Source of the DNA: an uncultured virus (IMG/VR IMGVR_UViG_3300008117_000066)
Taxonomy: Duplodnaviria > Heunggongvirae > Uroviricota > Caudoviricetes
Virus record (IMG/VR): IMGVR_UViG_3300008117_000066
Direction: 5' to 3' (one strand)
DNA length: 64,000 nucleotides
Positions 9,098 through 18,104 of this stretch are shown in pieces. The notes beneath the pieces were generated by a model. The model saw only the letters and a program-made list of their open reading frames with translations. It was not told the DNA's origin and ran no database searches. The position numbers were made by a program, and so were the translations under genes. Numbering within the stretch: the first letter of the stretch is position 1; each line of letters opens with the position of its first letter.

Positions 9098-9941
9098 CCA
9101 AGTAATGATTTCTAATCTCATGGCACAGATTGGAAACCACACGAACATTGATATTGACGAGAATCTGTTGAGACATATGATTCTCAACACCATCCGTGCC
9201 TTGAATATGAAGTTCAAGAGTGAATATGGTGAGCTTGTTATTGCTTGTGATGATAAGAACTACTGGCGTAAGGATATTTTTCCTTTCTACAAAGCCAGCA
9301 GATCGGAAGATCGTGACAAGTCTGAAATCAACTGGACTGTGGTGTTTAATTCTCTGAACAAGATCCGCCAGGAACTCAAAGACTTTTTCCCCTACAAAGT
9401 TATTCAGATTGATCGTGCAGAAGCTGATGATATCATTGGCACACTGGTCCACGAGCGTTTCGGTAAAACCTTCGGCGGTGAGAAAGTGTTGATTCTTTCT
9501 GGCGACAAGGACTTTAAGCAACTCCAGGTCTATCCGAATGTCTATCAGTATGATCCAGTCAAGAAGAAGTTCCTTCGTGAGAATGATCCTGAGCGATACC
9601 TGAAAGAGCACATTATCCGTGGTGACAAAGGTGATGGGGTTCCGAATATCCTGTCTGATGCAAACTCCTATGTGATCAAAAAACGCTGCAAGTCGATCTT
9701 TGAAACAAAGCTAGAATTGTGGTTAAAGTGTGAAACCCCAGAGCAGTTCTGTGATTCTAAGCAGATTATCCGCTGGTATCAGAACCGTGATCTGGTGGAT
9801 TTAAAGCGTATTCCCGATTCTGTGAAAAATGAAATACTAAATACATTTGATAGCATGAAATCGAAAGGACGAGGAATGCTGTTTGATTACTTTATCAACC
9901 ACAATATCAAGAATCTTATGGATTCAATAGGTGACTTTTAA
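9078..9941 (+). CDS. rnh: T4-type RNase H / 5'-3' exonuclease
   Basis: IILDLNQ, YWRKDIFPFYKASR, EADDIIG, SGDKDFKQL and GDKGDGVPN. Confidence 0.93.
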   Translation: MIILDLNQVMISNLMAQIGNHTNIDIDENLLRHMILNTIRALNMKFKSEYGELVIACDDKNYWRKDIFPFYKASRSEDRDKSEINWTVVFNSLNKIRQELKDFFPYKVIQIDRAEADDIIGTLVHERFGKTFGGEKVLILSGDKDFKQLQVYPNVYQYDPVKKKFLRENDPERYLKEHIIRGDKGDGVPNILSDANSYVIKKRCKSIFETKLELWLKCETPEQFCDSKQIIRWYQNRDLVDLKRIPDSVKNEILNTFDSMKSKGRGMLFDYFINHNIKNLMDSIGDF

Positions 9942-10390
9942 TGAAACTTGGTTACGCTGAGATACTAAAATTAGTATCCGAACAAAAGACTGAAGAAGCA
10001 AAGATTGGAATGCTTCGCAAGCATGGCTCTGAAAATCTATGCACTCTTATCAACCTGGCATTTGACAAGAATGCGCCCTGGGATCTCCCAGAAGGTGATC
10101 CACCATACAAGCCAAACCCATATCCAGATCAACAAAACAGACTGCAATCTGAGTTCCGTAGAATGTATCTGTTTATGAAAGACGGTAATCCAAATCTTAC
10201 TAAACTCCGAAGAGAAGTTCTGTTCATCGAATTTCTGGAAAGTATTGACCCTGAAGATGCTAAGTTAATTCTAGCTGTCAAGGCAAACAAGCTTCCGTAC
10301 AAAGGACTTCCAAAGTCTTTGTTCGCTAAAGCTTGGCAAGGTAGAATAAAAATGGATGATACAAATGACGATAAAAAAGAGATCGTATAA
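9941..10390 (+). CDS. Conserved T4-like hypothetical protein downstream of rnh
   Basis: WDLPEGDPPY...RREVLFIEFLESI pattern; coupled to rnh. Confidence 0.7.
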   Translation: MKLGYAEILKLVSEQKTEEAKIGMLRKHGSENLCTLINLAFDKNAPWDLPEGDPPYKPNPYPDQQNRLQSEFRRMYLFMKDGNPNLTKLRREVLFIEFLESIDPEDAKLILAVKANKLPYKGLPKSLFAKAWQGRIKMDDTNDDKKEIV

Positions 10391-10553
10391 CGACCAGAAC
10401 AAAAATAGGATCGATGATCCAAAATTTGTAAACGTTAGACCAGAGGCAAAGGAAGAGAAGTATGTGAAGAACGCACTGCGATCTAAGAATACATACTCAC
10501 TTTTAACTCACTCAGAATATCAATATGATGAAACCATTGACTGGAATTACTAA
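10365..10553 (+). CDS. Small hypothetical protein
   Basis: Fills the operon gap; stop overlaps the next start. Confidence 0.5.
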   Translation: MTIKKRSYNDQNKNRIDDPKFVNVRPEAKEEKYVKNALRSKNTYSLLTHSEYQYDETIDWNY

Positions 10554-10783
10554 TGCCAACCTACACATTCAAGAACACCGAAACCGAAGAGATCTTCGAT
10601 AGTTTTATGAGTATGTCTGCTCTGGATACTTATCTAGAGGAAAACCCAAATATCATAAGACACCACGAAGCTACCCCTGCGGTTGTTTCTGGTACGAGCC
10701 AAAAGCCAGCTCAGGGTTTTCGTGATATACTGAAGGTTATCAAAGGACGTTCTGGAAAAAACAACACAGTGAATACTTTTTAA
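10553..10783 (+). CDS. FmdB-like small protein (Cys-less zinc-ribbon derivative)
   Basis: MPTYTFKN...E.F start and GFRDIL motif, recalled from T4-like FmdB-like genes. Confidence 0.6.
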   Translation: MPTYTFKNTETEEIFDSFMSMSALDTYLEENPNIIRHHEATPAVVSGTSQKPAQGFRDILKVIKGRSGKNNTVNTF

Positions 10784-11454
10784 TGTATAAAACTTTTGAG
10801 CATAAACCATACGATTTCCCAGACTTCCCACAAATATACATTGAAGGCAAACGCTTTTATAGTGTAGATGGTAAACACTATCCTTCGGTGACAACGGTTC
10901 TTTCCACATTGGGCAAAAAACAGCTTGACGAGTGGAAAGCCAGGGTTGGGGAAGAAGAAGCTGCGATCATCGCCAGACGTGCTGCATCGCGTGGTACAGC
11001 CATGCACAAGCTCTGTGAGGACTATGTTGGTAACACACCGAACATGGAACAAGTTGTGGCTGCAAATATGCCAAATATCATCCCGCTGTTCAAGCAGATC
11101 AAACCTGTCCTGGACGAGCGTCTTAACCTTGTCTATAATATGGAATCTTGTCTGGCTTCCCACAGGCTGAAAACTGCGGGTCGAGCAGACTTGCTTTGCC
11201 AGTTCGATGGGGTCAACAGCATCCTGGACTACAAAAGCTCAGACAAGCCAAAGAAAGAGGACTGGATCGAAAACTACTTCATCCAGTGTGCCACCTATGC
11301 CCAATGCGTATACGAGATGAAAGGACTTGTTTTCCCACAAATCGTTGTCATTATTGCTGTGGAAACTGAGAATCAGCCCCAGATATTTGTCAGGAAAACC
11401 GCGAATTACCTAAATAGAGTCAAAGAGGTTTTCTCTAACTATCACGGGGCATGA
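10783..11454 (+). CDS. PD-(D/E)XK exonuclease (RecB/Cas4-like fold)
   Basis: YPSVTTVL, RGTAMH, AGRADL, ILDYKS and YFIQCATYA. Confidence 0.85.
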   Translation: MYKTFEHKPYDFPDFPQIYIEGKRFYSVDGKHYPSVTTVLSTLGKKQLDEWKARVGEEEAAIIARRAASRGTAMHKLCEDYVGNTPNMEQVVAANMPNIIPLFKQIKPVLDERLNLVYNMESCLASHRLKTAGRADLLCQFDGVNSILDYKSSDKPKKEDWIENYFIQCATYAQCVYEMKGLVFPQIVVIIAVETENQPQIFVRKTANYLNRVKEVFSNYHGA

Positions 11455-11455
11455 T

Positions 11456-12151
11456 ATGTTTATCAAGATCAAGGGCGGGTCTAAGCTCCAAAAGAAGGTT
11501 ATCCGTCAGTATGGTAAGTGGCTCGGCAATTACCTTCTCGGACCAAAACTAACTGACCTGGTTGAGGTTAAATTTGTATTTGACCCTACCCTACACGAGC
11601 AGCTAACCGATGGTTTTACCGACTGGGAGTTTCCTGATGGAAACACGCCACCTCGTGAGTTCACCATAACCATCGACTCGAATCTAAATCTCCTACCATT
11701 CATCGAATGTCTGACCCACGAAATGGTTCATGTCAAGCAGTATGCCAAAGGTGAGCTGCGTCAGAACATGCGAAACAACACGATGGTCTGGAAACGAACC
11801 AATAAGTTCGATGTGTCAGTCATGGATAACATTGACGGAAACTATCACGAGCTTCCCTGGGAGATAGAAGCCCACGGCAGAGAGCGTGGTCTTTATGTCA
11901 AGTACCTTTATGAAACTGGTTGTAAGCCATACAGTGATGGAGAGTTCCTAGCAAACGTCTACAAAGAAGACGGAACCTTCATGTACGGCTGCACCATGAA
12001 AGAAGTTGATGGTGAGATCAAACCGCTATCAGGTTATTACGTAAATGGCGAACCATATAAGGGGTTTCCAGAAGACACCATTTACACAAAAATAAAGCCC
12101 AATCAGATCAAGAAGATCATCCTGGGCTACGAAGGGTTTAGGTTCGCTTAA
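11456..12151 (+). CDS. Zincin-like metallopeptidase
   Basis: LTHEMVHVKQY and PWEIEA; CTAAATA at 11410-11416. Confidence 0.75.
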   Translation: MFIKIKGGSKLQKKVIRQYGKWLGNYLLGPKLTDLVEVKFVFDPTLHEQLTDGFTDWEFPDGNTPPREFTITIDSNLNLLPFIECLTHEMVHVKQYAKGELRQNMRNNTMVWKRTNKFDVSVMDNIDGNYHELPWEIEAHGRERGLYVKYLYETGCKPYSDGEFLANVYKEDGTFMYGCTMKEVDGEIKPLSGYYVNGEPYKGFPEDTIYTKIKPNQIKKIILGYEGFRFA

Positions 12152-12474
12152 TCTTTTGGTTTATGTCTTACTGCACCAAGATGTGGTCTCCAGTTGACCA
12201 GTCGATCATGGTTAAACGCTCTCCAGCCGTTATCATCGATACTGTAGAACGACATTGAGGTCTTTGACGAAGGTCGTGTTGTTTCGGTCTTTCTACCGTC
12301 ACCACCACCCTGGTTGATGTGCTCTGGATTCAATGTGGCATGACGGGTTGTTTCTGAACCATCTGCCTTCTGGAATGTGATGTGTGCTGTTGCACCACTA
12401 TCCAGGTGTGCTTTTAGCTTGTCGATAGTTTCTTGTCTATCGGATTCTTCTAGATATTGTTTGAATGTTATCAT
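12148..12474 (-). CDS. WYL-like/SH3 beta-barrel protein (DUF2693-like) with a capsid-targeting-like N-terminus
   Basis: ITFQKADGSETTRHATLN...FYSIDDNGWRAF; begins MITFKQYLEES. Confidence 0.7.
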   Translation of the reverse strand: MITFKQYLEESDRQETIDKLKAHLDSGATAHITFQKADGSETTRHATLNPEHINQGGGDGRKTETTRPSSKTSMSFYSIDDNGWRAFNHDRLVNWRPHLGAVRHKPKD

Positions 12475-12869
12475 CGTGGTAGTCTTCTCAGAGTATCTTC
12501 ATAATCATATTGATCGGCTATAGCATCAGCATGATCAGCGATAACTGGCTCTAGGTGTCTATTGATCTTTTCAGCAACCGAACTAGAATCAATTTTATTT
12601 GAAATATAATCTTTAACTTGATTGTGAACATGCTTGTACATAGAATGTTTAACTTCATCGGTCAACGTATCACCAGAACCACGTCTTGGCATTTCAACAC
12701 GATCTGTATCAAAATCGTCATGTGTCACACGAAATGATGTTTCTGGATTTTTTGTATTTTGCACATGGTATGTTTCTTTATCTTTATCATGATGGATATT
12801 ATAATCACCGACTTTGCCGATTAATTTACCACCAACTGATTCAACAAAAAATTCTTTAAATGTTTTCAT
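12471..12869 (-). CDS. Putative internal head protein
   Basis: Begins MKTFKEFFVES; the first 7 residues match T4 IPI (MKTFKEF, recalled). Confidence 0.65.
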   Translation of the reverse strand: MKTFKEFFVESVGGKLIGKVGDYNIHHDKDKETYHVQNTKNPETSFRVTHDDFDTDRVEMPRRGSGDTLTDEVKHSMYKHVHNQVKDYISNKIDSSSVAEKINRHLEPVIADHADAIADQYDYEDTLRRLPR

Positions 12870-13495
12870 CTTTTTTTCCTTTTTGCGTTTGCTTCAACCA
12901 TTAAATCGCCAAAAGCTGGAGATCTTCCGTAAACCCATCCAGGTGGCAATGGATTTTTTGCATCTGTAAACTTCTCTTCCAGGGTGTAGGGGTCATATGC
13001 CCACTTCTTGCCCGTGTTTGGCTTCCAGTTTTTTCTGCTTTCTCTGTATTTATCTTTCGACTCTTGTCTGTGTGGCATGGCGTGTGGCTGCGCAATTCTC
13101 TGCCTACGCTTCATGCTGTTTATGGCTCTTGCTCTGGCAGAGTGTTTTTTACCGTAAAACGGGTTCTTTTCACCAAGCTTGACTTCCGAATATCTTTTCC
13201 TTGATTCTTCGGATAAAGGCTTTCTTTTTATCTTAATTCGAAGCCTTCTGCGATCCTCTGAGGTTATTCTTATGTGGTGCGGGTTTTTGATTGCAGTTTG
13301 ATCTATCTTGTAGGTTTTCAGATAATATGGCAGTCTACTCTGCAAATACGCCAGATCTGGTGAGGACTGAAGCTCTTCAATGTTCTTTGTCTTTCGATCC
13401 TCGATATCAGCCACAAACGAAGAAAAACGCTTGTCAGAAATAACAAGCGTCTTTGTTCTATCAACTCTATTTTCTATCAGATAAATTGTGTACAT
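12866..13495 (-). CDS. NUMOD3-containing, probably degenerate GIY-YIG homing-endonuclease-like protein
   Basis: YTIYLIEN start but no YIG; GEKNPFYGKKHS NUMOD3; GWVYGR tail. Confidence 0.7.
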   Translation of the reverse strand: MYTIYLIENRVDRTKTLVISDKRFSSFVADIEDRKTKNIEELQSSPDLAYLQSRLPYYLKTYKIDQTAIKNPHHIRITSEDRRRLRIKIKRKPLSEESRKRYSEVKLGEKNPFYGKKHSARARAINSMKRRQRIAQPHAMPHRQESKDKYRESRKNWKPNTGKKWAYDPYTLEEKFTDAKNPLPPGWVYGRSPAFGDLMVEANAKRKKR

Positions 13496-13509
13496 AATAA
13501 AAGTGTGTT

Positions 13510-14718
13510 TTACTTGTCTTTAACGCAGTTTGGTACGCTTCTGCCTTTCTTCATCTTCATACCGTATTGAGTGTATCCAGTCCAGCAAGGATTGCTTTTC
13601 TCTTTTGGTGTGCCTGATGCTTTCTTGGCTTCCATGACCTGGATGATATTCTCTCTTAATTTTGTATAACCACCACGAATAGACTCGTGTGCTGCTTCAT
13701 GAGCCACTTCTGGGTGGTTCATGTCCAGGTGTTCGAGTTCTTCGTGAGAAAGCTCAGATCCATCTTTGAACTCTGCACGGGATGTGTAGGCATCTGCAAA
13801 ATCTGGATAGTCTCTCTTATCAACACCATCAACTTCAACGGAAGAATGATTAAGTGGTTTGTCGTTGATATGCACAACACCCTTTACTACCTTAGAAGTT
13901 ATTTCTTTTTCTTCTTTCAGACCAGGGTTTTCTTTCTTCTTCAGTTCTGTATCACCAATACGAATACGAGCAAACTCACGGTGTGCTGGAGTGCTATCGC
14001 CTAATCGTCTACCGCGCATTGCATATACGTAGTTTGTATTTTTACCATCTGTGATTCTGGTTACTTTAACTTCTGTTTTTTGCTTTGGTTTAGCGTCATA
14101 GACAGACTGTTCAAAAACATCTTCTTTATTTTTAATATTTTTTAATTTCGCAATTGCTGATTTTACGATATAATTACTAGAATAAGAGTTATTTGATTTA
14201 TGTCTATCTATAGCTGTGTGTAAAACATCTTCACTAGCGTGTTTACTTTTTACAGCTGACATTACAACTGTTGGATTTTTATGGTGTGCAGCGATTAATG
14301 CTGTAAATTCATTAGCAACTGGATGTTTTAATGCTGCAATTGCTACTTCAGGATCTTCATGTTTTGCTGCTACATCGGCAATAGAACCTTCATATTCAGA
14401 GTAATGCGGCATGTTAGTCGGTTCTTGTTTTCCGTTTTTATGTTTTAGAGCAGCTAATGCTATTCCTGGTCTTGAATTTTTTACACCACTCATCAGATCT
14501 GTTAGACTAGCATTTGGGCTTTTTACTTTATCTAAAATATTTTTGTCATATTTTTCGTGGTCAAACGATGCTGATTCTTTCATACCATAGCGAATAGCAT
14601 CATCGTCATAGCCTTTCTCTGCTTTTTCACGCTCTTCGTGGTCTTTGATCTGCTTTTCGTCCTGTTTGGACATTTTCTTTTTCTTAGCAGCTTTCTTGAT
14701 AGTGGTTATTTTTGCCAT
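13510..14718 (-). CDS. Putative internal head polyprotein with helical repeats and a C-terminal CWxGY...VPNCV motif
   Basis: Several hydrophobic-x-E sites (MKE-S, VFE-Q, LKE-E, LRE-N, VME-A); repeats IALAALKH / VAIAALKHP. Confidence 0.6.
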   Translation of the reverse strand: MAKITTIKKAAKKKKMSKQDEKQIKDHEEREKAEKGYDDDAIRYGMKESASFDHEKYDKNILDKVKSPNASLTDLMSGVKNSRPGIALAALKHKNGKQEPTNMPHYSEYEGSIADVAAKHEDPEVAIAALKHPVANEFTALIAAHHKNPTVVMSAVKSKHASEDVLHTAIDRHKSNNSYSSNYIVKSAIAKLKNIKNKEDVFEQSVYDAKPKQKTEVKVTRITDGKNTNYVYAMRGRRLGDSTPAHREFARIRIGDTELKKKENPGLKEEKEITSKVVKGVVHINDKPLNHSSVEVDGVDKRDYPDFADAYTSRAEFKDGSELSHEELEHLDMNHPEVAHEAAHESIRGGYTKLRENIIQVMEAKKASGTPKEKSNPCWTGYTQYGMKMKKGRSVPNCVKDK

Positions 14719-14727
14719 GTCTATTCC

Positions 14728-15393
14728 TTAGCCGTCAATCGCCTTGTCCATTGCAGCTTTACGAGCAGCCCAGTCTGCTCTGCTTGCTGGATCTCCTACC
14801 TTTTTCTTACCAAGTGGGAGTGTTGAACCAGATGAAGACGGGTTTGCGGTTTGTTGCTTCTGAATAATGGTTGGTTGACGTACTGGACCAGTGACTGCAC
14901 CCTTTGGAACCTGTGCGCCTTCTTCCACTGGCTTACGAACCAAATAACCTCTTCTGGGTTCTGGTTTTTTAGGTTCTTCTTGAGGTTTCGCTGGTACTTT
15001 AATACCATACTTTACTTGACCTGATGATGTGTCACGTACAGGTTCTTCTTGAGGTTTCGCTGGTACTTTAATACCATACTTTACTTGACCTGATGATGTG
15101 TCACGTACAGGTTCTTTTACTTGTGCTGGTACTCTAATTGCATACTTTGTGCCTTCTTCCATTGGCTTTTTACGGGTCTGTGGACCGCGAGGGGCGCGTT
15201 CTAGGCGTTTTTCTTCTTTATAATCGGCATTGATTTTGGCGAATTTCGAGCCTTTGTCGGCTGGGGCATCCGATGGGCTTATTTCACGGTTGATTCGGGA
15301 CAAACGGTAGGTTTCTGCGCTCTGATCGCCACGGTAGTTCGTAATTTTGGCTTCGATCACATAGTTAACAAGGTTTTTAATAAAGTCATTCAT
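14728..15393 (-). CDS. Putative internal head protein with 23-aa repeats
   Basis: First gene after late motif CTAAATA (-, 15417-15423); N-terminus ...YVIE-A. Confidence 0.6.
   Translation of the reverse strand: MNDFIKNLVNYVIEAKITNYRGDQSAETYRLSRINREISPSDAPADKGSKFAKINADYKEEKRLERAPRGPQTRKKPMEEGTKYAIRVPAQVKEPVRDTSSGQVKYGIKVPAKPQEEPVRDTSSGQVKYGIKVPAKPQEEPKKPEPRRGYLVRKPVEEGAQVPKGAVTGPVRQPTIIQKQQTANPSSSGSTLPLGKKKVGDPASRADWAARKAAMDKAIDG
14971..15116. repeat. 69-bp perfect tandem repeat, about 2.1 copies, coding
   Basis: Units start at 14971, 15040 and 15109; encodes EPVRDTSSGQVKYGIKVPAKPQE. Confidence 0.9.
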
Positions 15394-15435
15394 GGGGTTT
15401 CTCCAGGGGTGTGTACTATTTAGGGTTTTTGGGGC

Positions 15436-15464
15436 TTGACATAAGCCGTTATTTGGGTTATATT
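15436..15464 (+). promoter_or_regulatory. Sigma70-type early promoter, divergent from the late internal-protein operon
   Basis: TTGACA-N17-TATATT; TATTTAG (minus-strand late motif) at 15417 and 15467. Confidence 0.75.
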
Positions 15465-15490
15465 GCTATTTAGTACACGGAGAATGGCTT

Positions 15491-16975
15491 ATGAAGCAGT
15501 GTGACTGTAGGGTTTGTGTCAGAAGTCGGGCATTTGACAAACATATCGAAAACCTGGATGATGATCAGCGTAACTTTTTTATTGGGCTGCATGAAACCTT
15601 ACTTCAGGCAGAGTTTGATTTGGATGTTTCGAAGTCTGTGATCGATGGAAGCCTATCGACAGCAGATTTTTGGATCAAAAGAGCACGAGAAAAACGAGAA
15701 AAGGTGGATAACGATGATGAAAATTGAAATTGACATTGCAAATAAACTTTTAAAAGACGGTATTCGTCATGGTCTTGAATGGTGTCTTTATGAGGACTTC
15801 GATTGTGAGGTTCTGGATGCGGTTGGGGTTCCCTCAGCGGATGTTCTGATTACTGAACTGCTCAACAACCAGGCATTCATGAAGAAGTTCACTAAAGATA
15901 TCAAATTCAACCTGGAGAGTGGTCGTATTGATCTGGAAGAAGCGATTAGCGAAGCAGCAGATGTTGAAATCTTTCAAAAAGCATTGAAGCCCTGGGTCAC
16001 CAAGTGTGAGAAAGAGCAGAAGCGTTTTGATACGGAACAAAAAGAAATGGCAATTGCAGAAGATATCCAACAAACCATTTCATATCTTGAGAAAAATGGA
16101 TACAAGGTGACCAAAAAATGACAGTTTATATTTGCTTCAGGGTTTATGATGATTATGTCTCTTTCAGGAAGGATGTGGTCGCGGTTGTCGATACTGAAGA
16201 AAAAGCAGATGCCTGGGTCCAGTCATGGCATGAAGGGCTTCTTTGTAACTACCACTCCTACCAACAATTCGAGGTGACTTGATGAACATTAAAGAAAGAG
16301 CAATAATTTGGGGCTACAATACACGGTATACCGAAAGCGAAGAAGAAGCCTTTGAGATCATCAAACAGCTTCTTGCAGAACGTGATGTTTTGTTGAGTAA
16401 GATAAACCAACCGAATATACGCACACCCCAGATGAACGATGAAGTGTATCGGGACGAGTGATCGATGAGATTCTATTGCGGAACAAACGAGCAAAAACAA
16501 AAAATCTTGAAAGTCTGGCATACCTGGTTCGCCTGGTATCCCGTGGTCGTAGAAGACGGGAGTTGTCGCTGGCTTGAGAGTGTGTGGCGAAAGGGGAACC
16601 TGTTGGGTTCAGAGAGTGAATATTGGGAATACAGAGGAAAGAAGTGATGAACATCAAAACTAAACAAGCTGCTGATCAAGGAGAAATGATATGAATAATT
16701 ACCCCGAAGTCTTTCAGGTGTTTCTGGAAGAAAACCCCCATTTATGGAAACGTTTCGAAGACGAAGCGAACAGGGCGTGGGACCGTGGTCTGAGACAATA
16801 TTCGAGTAAGGCGATTGTCGAGTATATCAGACACGAAACCCCTTTGTATGAACGTAACGGTGCTTGGAAGATCAGTAATAACCACACGCCCTGGTTGTCT
16901 CGTCATTATATTGCGCTGAACCCAGATCGGGCGACCCTGTTCAAGATCGGTGCGATTCATAAGAAGAATAGGTGA
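15491..16975 (+). CDS. Operon of small hypothetical proteins (15491-15727, 15714-16121, 16279-16461, 16465-16647, 16691-16975 and smaller ORFs)
   Basis: Tightly coupled ORFs with SD sites; no function recognised. Confidence 0.65.
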
Positions 16976-17362
16976 TTCCTGGGACGAGATTTTTGCCCAA
17001 AAAAAATTTTTGAGGGCGTTGGGTTTCATTCTGTGGGGGTGTTTTTTTGCCCAAAAAAATTTTGGTGGGGTGGGGATCCAAAAAAGTTTCTAAGTGTCAC
17101 ACCACCCGATTTGGCTATGCCCCCACCCCCCAACCTGAACAGTACCTGAATTTTCCCCCTACCCCCCCTCTCGGCACAGCCCCAATGGGGGGGTGTCATA
17201 TGCCCCGTAGTGGCACTGTGTGGGCGCGTGTGGGCATATCAGGGTTGGGGTGGTGGGTGGGTACAGGGTCGGGGTTCGTGGGCGTGTGGGCTGTTCTGTG
17301 CGGTCTGGTGGATTGGGTAGTGCTGCCGAAATCGCCTGGCATATTTGTTGCATAAAGTCGCA
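16976..17362. other. Non-coding, strongly strand-skewed region (left boundary of the early island)
   Basis: TTTTGCCCAAAAAAA(A)TTTT twice, C-runs then G/T-rich runs, no credible ORF. Confidence 0.65.
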
Positions 17363-17363
17363 T

Positions 17364-17391
17364 AAAAAAAGCCCCGCTTGGCGCGGGGCTT
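17364..17391 (-). terminator. Intrinsic terminator
   Basis: Minus strand AAGCCCCGC-GCCAA-GCGGGGCTT followed by a U-tract. Confidence 0.85.
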
Positions 17392-17410
17392 GGTGGCTCG
17401 GTTTGGTGGC

Positions 17411-17932
17411 TTAGTAGGTGTTCCCGAAGGTGGTAATCTCTGTGATGCTCTCAAGCTTCGGGGCAATGACTTTAATCTCGTGTTCCAGTCCTTGCTTGTC
17501 GTTTCCGCGCTTCGGCGGTGGCAGGAAATCCTGCACCTGTTCGTAGGTGTACTGGTTGCCGTTTTCATCGTGGTAGGTGGTGTGCTTAAAGGTGGCTTTG
17601 TCGATGTAAACCGACAGGTAAAGCTGTTCGGGGTTGTCGTCTTTGTGCGACAACAGGCTGTTGATGCGAGTGCGACCTGATGCTTTTTCGGCGGTGAACT
17701 CGCCTTCGACATTCTCACGCTCACGCTGTTTCAGGACACGCGCTTCGTACTCCGCGCCAAGTAAAGCATTCACGAATTTTTGAACCTTGGTCAACGACAT
17801 GAAAGGGCGCGGTTCTTTGGTGGTGCGATTCTTGACCAACAGTTTCGGATTGGTGGTCAGAGTCATAGAAGCGTAAGTGCCGATACCTGTGAAGGCGGTT
17901 GCGTCTGCGATGAAAGCGGATTGATTGTTCAT
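17411..17932 (-). CDS. Hypothetical early protein, 173 aa
   Basis: GGGAG SD; own promoter cassette and terminator. Confidence 0.75.
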   Translation of the reverse strand: MNNQSAFIADATAFTGIGTYASMTLTTNPKLLVKNRTTKEPRPFMSLTKVQKFVNALLGAEYEARVLKQRERENVEGEFTAEKASGRTRINSLLSHKDDNPEQLYLSVYIDKATFKHTTYHDENGNQYTYEQVQDFLPPPKRGNDKQGLEHEIKVIAPKLESITEITTFGNTY

Positions 17933-18104
17933 GGTTTATCTCCCAATGTGGTCAGGCGGAATTGCCTTGACCTGTGAACAGTATAGTCCTATCTCGGACA
18001 AAAGCAATAGGGTCTAAAAGTCGTTCAGACAATGTTCAAGATTGGTGGCTATACTGGTCATAGGTGAGGCACATCCGCCAAGCCACATTGGGAGATAAAC
18101 CATG
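17930..18104. promoter_or_regulatory. Divergent promoter/stem-loop/SD cassettes arranged as an inverted repeat
   Basis: Arms 17930-17986 and 18049-18104 share the -10 TATACT, a hairpin and an exact 22-bp CCACATTGGGAGATAAACCATG. Confidence 0.85.

Noticed and set aside
9015..9611. 198-aa minus-strand ORF
   Set aside because: Antisense shadow of rnh.
14971..15116. 69-bp repeat as a DGR template/variable pair or ncRNA
   Set aside because: The copies are identical, adjacent and in frame; there are no A-specific mismatches and no reverse transcriptase in the window.
17047..17414. ORFs 17047-17355, 17159-17353 and 17220-17414
   Set aside because: Low-complexity translations of skewed G/C-run DNA with no SD; treated as non-coding.
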